A DNA stretch of 64,000 nucleotides from Alphaproteobacteria bacterium. Lineage in GTDB: Bacteria; Pseudomonadota; Alphaproteobacteria; UBA7879; UBA5542. This document shows, piece by piece, positions 27,373-35,336 of the stretch. The first letter of the stretch is position 1. Each line of letters starts with the position of its first letter. Where the stretch lies: contig JBKCVN010000025.1 in assembly GCA_046317875.1 (NCBI GenBank), forward strand, positions 15,879 to 79,878. Direction: 5' to 3'. The notes under the pieces were generated by a model that had not been told where the DNA came from, did no database searches, and was given only the letters and a program-made list of their open reading frames with translations. The position numbers were made by a program, and so were the translations under genes.

Positions 27373-27798
27373 TCAAAATCTTAAAAAGAAATAAGTCTTC
27401 AAAAGAGTGGCCCATAATCCCATTAATAAGCTGGGCCCAAATGGAAAGGATGGCTGCTTGAGCATAAGTCTATAAACAAGTGCCCATAGTACTCCTATGC
27501 TGCCTGTCATTATCATAAAAAAAGGAAAATGGAATATATCTATGCAAAAACAGGAAAGGATAAAAAGCTTAAGATCTCCTGCGCCGATCTTTTGAGCGAA
27601 AGGGGTACAGAGAGTGCCTCCCACCAGTACAAGGCCCATTAACCCTGAGTACAAGAAAGGATAGGGATTTTTTTCTAAATAGAGTTGTACGCCTACCAAA
27701 AGAGAAAAAAGCAGAAGGGCTCTATTGGGAATTTTGCCACGTTTTAGGTCTTGGTATGCAATCCATAGAGAAAGGGGGATGAGACCTCCCCCAAACAC
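27373..27798 (-). CDS. A24-family prepilin peptidase (short CpaA/TadV-like form)
   Basis: Both catalytic Asp contexts are present: YQDLKRGKIPN and KIGAGDLKLF. Polytopic membrane protein, 141 aa, GTG start. Confidence 0.65.
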   Translation of the reverse strand: MFGGGLIPLSLWIAYQDLKRGKIPNRALLLFSLLVGVQLYLEKNPYPFLYSGLMGLVLVGGTLCTPFAQKIGAGDLKLFILSCFCIDIFHFPFFMIMTGSIGVLWALVYRLMLKQPSFPFGPSLLMGLWATLLKTYFFLRF

Positions 27799-27842
27799 AA
27801 AGAATTCATAACATAAAAAATTTTGGTTTAGGGGAGCAAAGC

Positions 27843-28544
27843 TTATTTTTTAGCCTTGGCTGCTTTTTTGGAGGGAGCCTTTTTTGGGGTCTCTTTTTTT
27901 GGTTTCTTCTCGTTTTTGGAAGAACCTGTTTTCTTTACTTTAGGAGCAGCTTTTTTGGGAGAGGCTGACTTTTTATTGGCAGGTTTGGAACTTTTAGCAC
28001 GAACCTTAGGCGATACCGTTTCTTTTTTGGCGTCTTTTTTTTCTAGGGGCGCCAGGGCCTCTTCTAAATCTCTCTCGGTGCACAGGCCCAATTCCACAGG
28101 GTTGCGGGGTTTTAAATTCTTAAGGTTCCAATGAGATCTGTCACGAATTTTATCGATGGTACTTTTGGTTGTTCCAATCAACTTAATGATTTGGTTATCA
28201 CTTAGGTTTCCATGTTGGCGTAACAGCCAAGATACGGCATCGGGCTTGTCTTGTCTTTTATTCAACGGTGTATAACGGGGACCACTGGTGCGACGTTGCT
28301 TTGCGGTCAGCTCTTGCTTCAATCTTAATTTATGAGCTGGATTTTTTACGCCTTCTTCGATTTCTTCCAAGGTTAATTGTTCCGTGGCAATAGGATCAAC
28401 GCCCACAACAAACGCTTCACCGTCTGCCAGGGCTTGTATTTCCAGGATATGCAAACCACAAAAGTCGGCAATCTGTTCAAATGTTAAGGTTGTATTATCT
28501 AAAAGCCAAGAAGCCGTTGCTTTTGGCATTAATGGGGCAGCCAT
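27843..28544 (-). CDS. DUF1013 / TrcR-type cell-cycle transcriptional regulator with Lys-rich histone-H1-like C-terminal tail
   Basis: N-terminus MAAPLMPKATASWLLDNTTLTFEQIADFCGLHILEIQALADGE matches the highly conserved alphaproteobacterial DUF1013 start. The last ~65 aa are KK/AK/PK repeats (KKSASPKKAAPKVKKTGSSKNEKKPKKETPKKAPSKKAAKAKK). Confidence 0.75.
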   Translation of the reverse strand: MAAPLMPKATASWLLDNTTLTFEQIADFCGLHILEIQALADGEAFVVGVDPIATEQLTLEEIEEGVKNPAHKLRLKQELTAKQRRTSGPRYTPLNKRQDKPDAVSWLLRQHGNLSDNQIIKLIGTTKSTIDKIRDRSHWNLKNLKPRNPVELGLCTERDLEEALAPLEKKDAKKETVSPKVRAKSSKPANKKSASPKKAAPKVKKTGSSKNEKKPKKETPKKAPSKKAAKAKK

Positions 28545-28758
28545 TTCTGCATCTCCTTATAAAAAATTCATTCGTTTAAAACGCACGTGTATTCTAGGAC
28601 CAGTTCCCCTGAAGGTAAAGAAATTTTATAAAAATATCTTAAATAAACCCTATTATTTGTAATTAACATAGCAAACAAAGGCCATATGATAACTTTTTTC
28701 TTGATTGAATAGAATTTTTCCAGTATGTAATGGTGATCTAAATAAGTAGGATTCAACG

Positions 28759-28989
28759 ATGAAAAAGAACATACACCCAAATTATCATACCATTAAAGTT
28801 GTAATGACCGATGGAACTGAATATGAAACTCGCTCTACCTGGGGCAAAGAGGGTGATGTTATGCGTTTGCAAATGGATCCAAAAAACCACCCTGCATGGA
28901 CAGGCGTACAACGTCTGGTGAACACAGGTGGTCAGGTTGGTAAGTTCAAAAATCGCTTCGGCGGCCTTAATATTAAGCCTACCAAGTAA
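28759..28989 (+). CDS. rpmE: 50S ribosomal protein L31
   Basis: [19 protein letters not shown]...HPAWTG...[11 protein letters not shown]. Confidence 0.9.
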   Translation: MKKNIHPNYHTIKVVMTDGTEYETRSTWGKEGDVMRLQMDPKNHPAWTGVQRLVNTGGQVGKFKNRFGGLNIKPTK

Positions 28990-29025
28990 AGCTTACCTTA
29001 TTAAAATCTCCCTGATGTGTCAAAA

Positions 29026-29262
29026 TTAGGTGTCTTTTTCTACCCATCTTCCGTCTTTACCTTTTTTATATTTTTTCTTTACGGCAGACCATGCCACCCT
29101 ATGGCATATTTCTTCTAAAGTATCATCAGGGTGACGTCGATCTTTTATTCTGAAATAGTCGGAATGGGCACTATTATAAGTGGCTAAATAGATTTCCTGG
29201 GCATGGCTGGGTAGAACATGTTGAACGCTATTTGGAAGATCGTGGATTGTTTTATAGGGCAT
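29026..29262 (-). CDS. ChaB family protein
   Basis: LPNSVQHVLPSHAQEIYLATYNSA...AWSAVKKKYKKGKDGRWV, the ChaB signature pattern; 78 aa. Confidence 0.7.
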   Translation of the reverse strand: MPYKTIHDLPNSVQHVLPSHAQEIYLATYNSAHSDYFRIKDRRHPDDTLEEICHRVAWSAVKKKYKKGKDGRWVEKDT

Positions 29263-29304
29263 CGTCTTTCTCCGTAAAAGGTTATGAACGATTTGGGGAA
29301 AGTT

Positions 29305-29841
29305 TTAGGGATGCTTAGAAAGAAAATTGTCTAACAAAGTTTTCTTAATCGCACTTCCCCAATAATACTCTCCCATCTCTCCTGAACTTTTTATCACAAG
29401 ATGGCAGGGGATTACAAATGAAATGGGGTTTCTGGAAACGGCTTGGCCAATCGCCTGGAAGCCTTTTTGATAGCAAGATTTTTCGGCAATATCTTTATAA
29501 GTCACGGTTTGATGGCGGTCCAATGCATATAAAGCTTCCCAAACTTTTATCTGAAAAGGGGTGCCCCATAGTTCAATAGACGTTATATCCTTAAAAGAGA
29601 TTGGGTGATTTTCAAATCGAGCCTGGCGCCATGCTGGTCGATCACATAGGTCTTCTATCATTTCTTCTAGGGAAAATCGATCGCCTATAAAGCCCAGGCC
29701 CACCAAACTTTGTTCACGGGCGAGCGCCACATACTCCCCCCAGGGAGACTGCCCTTGAAACACAAATAAAGTCGCTCCTTTCCCTTGGGGAAAAAGGGAC
29801 AAGGGGGCTTGCTTTATTTTAAGATCCCGAGAGATCTGCAT
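29305..29841 (-). CDS. ogt: Methylated-DNA--protein-cysteine methyltransferase family protein (active-site PCHL variant)
   Basis: GTPFQIKVWEALYALDRHQTVTYKDIA...IGQAVSRNPISFVIPCHLVI...GEYYWG. Confidence 0.75.
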   Translation of the reverse strand: MQISRDLKIKQAPLSLFPQGKGATLFVFQGQSPWGEYVALAREQSLVGLGFIGDRFSLEEMIEDLCDRPAWRQARFENHPISFKDITSIELWGTPFQIKVWEALYALDRHQTVTYKDIAEKSCYQKGFQAIGQAVSRNPISFVIPCHLVIKSSGEMGEYYWGSAIKKTLLDNFLSKHP

Positions 29842-31177
29842 TTTTCAATAGGGTTTCAATGGTGCTTAGCATGTCTTCCACCTGTTGAAGTTTGGGAGCT
29901 TCCGCCATGATGCGAATGACGGGTTCGGTCCCCGAGGGACGTATAACCAATCGGCCACCTGCTTGCTGGAAAGATAATGTGAGGCTGTCGATTTCTTTCA
30001 TAAGACCAGCATTCTGAAGGATTTTTTTATTTTTAAGCTTTATATTACGGGTCTTTTGGGGCGAAAGTTTAAAGGGATGCAAAATTTCACTGGCCAATTT
30101 CTTAGATTGAACCAAGATGGATAAAACCTGAAGGGCCGCCACCAAGCCATCTCCGCTTGTGCCATAATCGCTGAGAACGATGTGACCCGAAGGTTCTCCC
30201 CCCACATTGAATCCCCCTTTTTTCATGGCCTCGGTGACGTAGCGGTCTCCGACGGGAGTGCGTAAAAGATGAAGGCCTTCTTTGGACAGGAATGTTTCTA
30301 GCGCCATATTTGCCATGATGGTAGACACCACTGTATTCCCTTTTAAGGTGCCCTTTTTGTGCCCCAAGGACGCAATCAAACCAATCAACAGATCCCCTTC
30401 GATGATTTCCCCGTTTTCATCGCAAACGACCAAGCGATCTGCGTCGCCATCTAGCCCTATGCCGATGTCTGCTTTGTGGGCTTTAACCGTCTGTGACAGG
30501 AGCTGGGGCTCTACAGCGCCACAATTCAAGTTAATATTTTCACCATTAGGATTATCACCAATAGGAACAATCTGGGCTCCTAATTCCCATAGGATCATGG
30601 GAGCAATTTTATAGGCGGCGCCATTAGCGCAATCGATTACAATTTTTAATCCATCTAAACGTAAGCCTGCAGGAAAGGTGGATTTGACAAATTCAATATA
30701 ACGACCCGGCGCGTCATCTAGTCGTTTCGCACGACCCAAACGTTCGGAAGATGCGAGATGATCGTTGGTAAAATTTTCAATTTTTTCTTCAATTTCCAAC
30801 TCTTGGGCATCAGATAATTTATTGCCCTCGGGGGTGAAAAATTTAATACCATTATCCGTATAGGGATTATGAGAGGCCGATATCATCACACCCAGGTCTG
30901 CGCGCAACGAACGGGTTAACATGGCCACAGCGGGGGTCGGCAGGGGGCCCACAAGGACCACATCCATCCCCATGGAAATAAATCCAGCGGTAAGGGCGGG
31001 TTCCACCATGTATCCTGAAAGACGGGTGTCTTTCCCAATAACCACCAAGTGATGTCGGTCATCTTTTTGGAAACATTTCCCTGCAGCTTGGGCAATCTTT
31101 AACAAAGTGTCAGGGGTCATGTGTCCCTTATTTACGAGACCCCGAATACCATCAGTACCGAAAAACTTTTTTTTCAC
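29819..31177 (-). CDS. glmM: Phosphoglucosamine mutase
   Basis: FGTDGIRG, the active-site [21 protein letters not shown]; 452 aa. Confidence 0.95.
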   Translation of the reverse strand: MKKKFFGTDGIRGLVNKGHMTPDTLLKIAQAAGKCFQKDDRHHLVVIGKDTRLSGYMVEPALTAGFISMGMDVVLVGPLPTPAVAMLTRSLRADLGVMISASHNPYTDNGIKFFTPEGNKLSDAQELEIEEKIENFTNDHLASSERLGRAKRLDDAPGRYIEFVKSTFPAGLRLDGLKIVIDCANGAAYKIAPMILWELGAQIVPIGDNPNGENINLNCGAVEPQLLSQTVKAHKADIGIGLDGDADRLVVCDENGEIIEGDLLIGLIASLGHKKGTLKGNTVVSTIMANMALETFLSKEGLHLLRTPVGDRYVTEAMKKGGFNVGGEPSGHIVLSDYGTSGDGLVAALQVLSILVQSKKLASEILHPFKLSPQKTRNIKLKNKKILQNAGLMKEIDSLTLSFQQAGGRLVIRPSGTEPVIRIMAEAPKLQQVEDMLSTIETLLKNADLSGS

Positions 31178-33132
31178 GCGCCCTCTTTAGATTTTTTATT
31201 TGATTTTGTCCCAGGAATAAGTTTTTTCTTTATTTTATCCATTTTAGATTCAGAAACAGATTCTTCTTCCATAATGGGTAAAGAAGTTTTATTTATTTTT
31301 CTGGGTTTCTTTTTAGCAATAGGTTTTATCTTTTTCCCAGCTAACAAATCTTTAATATCGTCACCCGTTAGTGTTTCAAATTCAATTAAAGCCTGAGCTA
31401 AGGATTCTAGTTGGCCCGCATGCTTTTTTAAGATTTTTTTAGCGGTGGCGTATCCTTCATCCACAATTCGTCTTATTTCTTGATCCACATTTTGGGCGGT
31501 GGCTTCAGACATATTTTGTGTTTGTGTCACTGAGTGTCCCAAGAAAAGCTCTTGTTGCGGTGCCCCATAAGCAATGGGCCCCATTTTTTCGCTCAGCCCC
31601 CATTCTGTAACCATTCGTCGTGCCATTTCTGTGGCAAACTTAATGTCCGAGGATGCGCCTGTTGTGACTTTATCTTTGCCAAAAATTTGCTCTTCTGCCA
31701 CGCGGCCCCCCATGGCAACGGCTATGTCTGCTTTTAATTTGGCCTGGTCCATGGATAAGCGATCCCCCTCTGGCAATCTCATGACCATCCCTAGGGCTCG
31801 ACCTCGCGGAATGATGGTGGCTTTGTGAATGGGGTCAGAATCGGGCAAATAAGACCCCACTAGGGCATGGCCTGCTTCATGATAGGCCGTTAATCTTTTT
31901 TCTTCCTCGCTCATGGCTAACGAGCGACGCTCGGATCCCATCATGACCTTATCTTTTGCTTCTTCTAGTTCTTCCATACCCACAAATCGGCGGCCTTTGC
32001 GGGCAGCCAATAGGGCTGCTTCGTTCACTAAATTGGCAAGCTCTGCCCCCGAAAACCCAGGCGTTCCCCGTGCAATAACTCGGGCACTTACATCTTCGGC
32101 TTTCTGAATTTTCTTCAGGTGAACGTTAAGAATTTCTTCCCGACCGGTAACGTCGGGGGCGGGGACCACCACTTGGCGGTCAAAGCGACCAGGTCTTAAT
32201 AAGGCAGGGTCAAGAACATCAGGACGGTTCGTGGCGGCAATCAGAATAATTCCTTCATTTGATTCAAAACCATCCATTTCAACCAATAGTTGGTTCAGGG
32301 TCTGTTCTCGTTCATCATTTCCGCCCCCCAGGCCTGCGCCACGGTGACGCCCTACGGCATCAATTTCATCGATAAAAATGATGCAGGGCGCGTGCTTTTT
32401 GGCTTGCTCAAACATGTCTCTGACACGGCTAGCTCCTACACCTACGAACATTTCTACAAAGTCTGACCCTGAAATGGAAAAGAAAGGAACGTTTGCTTCA
32501 CCTGCAATAGCCCGTGCTAGCAAGGTTTTTCCATTACCGGGAGATCCAATTAACAAAACACCTTTGGGAATTTTGCCCCCCAGGCGCTGGAATTTTTGGG
32601 GATCCTTTAAGAATTCCACTATTTCTTCAACCTCTTGTTTGGATTCGGTAATACCGGCCACATCTTTAAATGTGACTTTACCAGCTTTTGCAATTAAAAG
32701 TTTGGCTTTGGATTTCCCGAACCCCATGGCTTTTCCGCCGCCTCCTTGCATTTGACGGTAGAAATAAACCCATACCCCAATAAAAAGCAAAGTGGGGAAC
32801 CAAGAAATTAAAATACTCCAAAACGTGGACCTTTCTTCATGGCGATTGGCGGCTTCCACTTTTATACCGTTTTTAGCTAAAGCATTCGCTACATCGGTTT
32901 TCTCGGGGACTTTGGTTATAAAAGAAGATCCATCCATCTTCTTGCCATTAATGGTATCTCCCCGCATTACAACTTCTTTAATTTCCTTGGCTTCAACAGC
33001 TTGTTGGAAAGCAGTATAGTCCAAGGCTTGGCCCTGGCTTTTTGCAGTGTCATCTAAAAATGTTTGATAAATGAAAAATATGCCAGCGACTAATACTAAC
33101 AAAATCAAAAAATTTCTTTGATTTGTACTCAT
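31174..33132 (-). CDS. ftsH: ATP-dependent zinc metalloprotease FtsH
   Basis: Walker [12 protein letters not shown], Walker [13 protein letters not shown], and the Zn site HEAGHAL; 652 aa with a Lys-rich tail. Confidence 0.95.
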   Translation of the reverse strand: MSTNQRNFLILLVLVAGIFFIYQTFLDDTAKSQGQALDYTAFQQAVEAKEIKEVVMRGDTINGKKMDGSSFITKVPEKTDVANALAKNGIKVEAANRHEERSTFWSILISWFPTLLFIGVWVYFYRQMQGGGGKAMGFGKSKAKLLIAKAGKVTFKDVAGITESKQEVEEIVEFLKDPQKFQRLGGKIPKGVLLIGSPGNGKTLLARAIAGEANVPFFSISGSDFVEMFVGVGASRVRDMFEQAKKHAPCIIFIDEIDAVGRHRGAGLGGGNDEREQTLNQLLVEMDGFESNEGIILIAATNRPDVLDPALLRPGRFDRQVVVPAPDVTGREEILNVHLKKIQKAEDVSARVIARGTPGFSGAELANLVNEAALLAARKGRRFVGMEELEEAKDKVMMGSERRSLAMSEEEKRLTAYHEAGHALVGSYLPDSDPIHKATIIPRGRALGMVMRLPEGDRLSMDQAKLKADIAVAMGGRVAEEQIFGKDKVTTGASSDIKFATEMARRMVTEWGLSEKMGPIAYGAPQQELFLGHSVTQTQNMSEATAQNVDQEIRRIVDEGYATAKKILKKHAGQLESLAQALIEFETLTGDDIKDLLAGKKIKPIAKKKPRKINKTSLPIMEEESVSESKMDKIKKKLIPGTKSNKKSKEGA

Positions 33133-33167
33133 GGGTAAAAACTCCTAAAACGAGGGAAAGTTTAGAC

Positions 33168-34418
33168 TTAAACAAAAAATTCCGCAAGCAGAGAATTCTT
33201 AGGTGAATAAAGGAAAGAGGTAGGATCGGCAGAGTGTTCTGTTTTTAAAAAGGGAACTGAAATCAATTTATTTTTCTTCCAATATGAGGGGAAAGAGAGA
33301 GTAACAGGGTAGGGGAACTTTTCTTTATCGAGGGTGTCAAGTTGGGACCAACCCTTTTCTACTAGGGGTTGAATGACATATCCTGCAGGAAGATCCTGTT
33401 GGGCGATGAAGCGACTCCAGAAAAATTCCCCCGTGCGTAAAGTCATCACGGGAGGCAAAAGCCGGCGATCGGGAACGACCCAGATTTTTTGATTTTTAAC
33501 ATACACCACACATTTTCCCAGGGAAGTGGGCGAAAAATTTTTGTTCACCCATTTTTCATACAGGGATTGAATAGACCTAGGGCTGGGAAGATAGGGACCA
33601 TTTCCAATGGTTCGAATCAGATGACCCAGGGCTTTTTGCATAAGGACAGGATCGGTTGTCTCCACACACCTAAAGTCTAAAGAACCATATCCTTCGGGGG
33701 CTACATCAACCCAAAGAGCGAAGAACTGGGCCAGCTGTTGTTCTTGTTTCTGACGTTCTTGTTGATAGGGCAAAAGATCAACCTGTTGGGTTTCTTTGTG
33801 CCGAAGCTGAACCCTGAGAAACTTTATATTTTGATTGCTGGAATCTTCAATATGGGGATGGGTGCCTAAAAAATCCCTCAATTGATTTTTATGAATTGAA
33901 AGAAGGGGCCGAATCAGTCGGCAGTGATCAAAATATGTTATCGCACTCATGCCTGCAAGGCCATATGAAGTACTTTGGTGTTGGGATCTCATTACATATG
34001 TTTCTTGTTGGTCCTCGGCATGATGGGCAGTGAAAAGGTGTAATATGTTATGTTCAGCACAGGCAGATTCTAATAACTGATAACGGGCCAATCGAGCCTT
34101 TTCTTGAATGCGGGAAACGGGGGGATGTTTATGATCCCATTTTAAAATGAAACAAGCAATTCCTTTTGATTCAAGCCAAATTTTGACCTGATATGCGTCT
34201 GAAGACGATTCGGGACGTAGTCCATGATCCACATGAAAAGCCGAAAGAGACCCATTATGTTTTCTGGTCCATTCATGCAACAGAAAGGTCAGAGCAAGGC
34301 TGTCAACCCCGCCGGATACTGCAACACCTAAATGTGGTTTTTCTTCAAAGGGGCCTAGCCGGTCCATCTGTTGAAAAAACTGGGAAATAAGTGGGTGATG
34401 GGAGTTTAGACCGGACAT
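33168..34418 (-). CDS. tilS: tRNA(Ile)-lysidine synthase
   Basis: PP-loop VAVSGGVDSLAL; size and position upstream of ftsH fit tilS. Confidence 0.85.
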   Translation of the reverse strand: MSGLNSHHPLISQFFQQMDRLGPFEEKPHLGVAVSGGVDSLALTFLLHEWTRKHNGSLSAFHVDHGLRPESSSDAYQVKIWLESKGIACFILKWDHKHPPVSRIQEKARLARYQLLESACAEHNILHLFTAHHAEDQQETYVMRSQHQSTSYGLAGMSAITYFDHCRLIRPLLSIHKNQLRDFLGTHPHIEDSSNQNIKFLRVQLRHKETQQVDLLPYQQERQKQEQQLAQFFALWVDVAPEGYGSLDFRCVETTDPVLMQKALGHLIRTIGNGPYLPSPRSIQSLYEKWVNKNFSPTSLGKCVVYVKNQKIWVVPDRRLLPPVMTLRTGEFFWSRFIAQQDLPAGYVIQPLVEKGWSQLDTLDKEKFPYPVTLSFPSYWKKNKLISVPFLKTEHSADPTSFLYSPKNSLLAEFFV

Positions 34419-35215
34419 GAAAATGAAGTTTGGGCCTCGGTCAAACGCTCTTCAAATTCAGCAGATAAGGGACTGTAATCTTTCTTGATTTTGTCTACGG
34501 TCAGGCAGGCTTCTTTTTGTTTTTCCATTTTATTTAAGGCAAATGCCATCATCAATAAAATTTCAGGGGCCTCAGGCGCTTTGGGTGTTTTTTTGTAAAA
34601 TTCCCCTGCATACAAGGCGGCTTCTTTATAATTCTCATGTTTATAGGCTAGATATGTTAGATCTTTATAGATGGTTGAAACTTTTGCATGTTTGGAATAC
34701 TTGGACACGAACATCCGTAAGGCTTTTTCCAAACGGTCCTCAGGTAACATTTTGCCAGCGGTCTCGATGTGCAGGGCTAATTCATCCGCGCTCATTTTAT
34801 TCAATTTATCCTGATAGACTGAATCTTCGGTTTGTTTTACCGTATCTTTGGTTTCTGAAAGTTGTTTTTCCAATAGGGCTATTTTGGTTTCTAGATCTTG
34901 TTGGGTTTTTTGATTTGAAGTTTTAAGGGTTTGTAAGGCATGATCCATTTCTTCAAACTTGCTGGTCAGTTGTGCAAGGCGGTCATTTAGCCCTTGTACT
35001 TTTTCAAGCAACATGGTTTGGGAGGGGTCTTCAGGAGGGGTGGCCCCGGCTGCTTGATAGGCAGGATCTCCCCCAAATCTTTTATAAATATAGCGCTGTA
35101 ATGCTTCTACCTCTTGGGATAATCGGCGTACATTGTTGTCACCCATTTCCACAGGGGCGTCGGTCCAGCCATGGCTTAATATAAATATTGTTAGGCAAAA
35201 AATGATTTTATTCAT
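34406..35215 (-). CDS. cpoB: Tol-Pal system protein YbgF/CpoB-like (signal peptide, coiled coil, TPR)
   Basis: Signal peptide, a long coiled coil (LEKVQGLNDRLAQLTSKFEEMDHALQ...) and a C-terminal TPR-like region. It sits in the conserved ybgF-tilS-ftsH order. Confidence 0.6.
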   Translation of the reverse strand: MNKIIFCLTIFILSHGWTDAPVEMGDNNVRRLSQEVEALQRYIYKRFGGDPAYQAAGATPPEDPSQTMLLEKVQGLNDRLAQLTSKFEEMDHALQTLKTSNQKTQQDLETKIALLEKQLSETKDTVKQTEDSVYQDKLNKMSADELALHIETAGKMLPEDRLEKALRMFVSKYSKHAKVSTIYKDLTYLAYKHENYKEAALYAGEFYKKTPKAPEAPEILLMMAFALNKMEKQKEACLTVDKIKKDYSPLSAEFEERLTEAQTSFSCPV

Positions 35216-35336
35216 GATTAATTTCTCTATGCTTAATTAAAAATACCACAAAATAGATCTTTTTTCCCATATTTTTCTTTAAAATGACCAACGCTTTATG
35301 TAAAAATCAAGCTCTTATGAAAGGCCTGTAAAAAGC

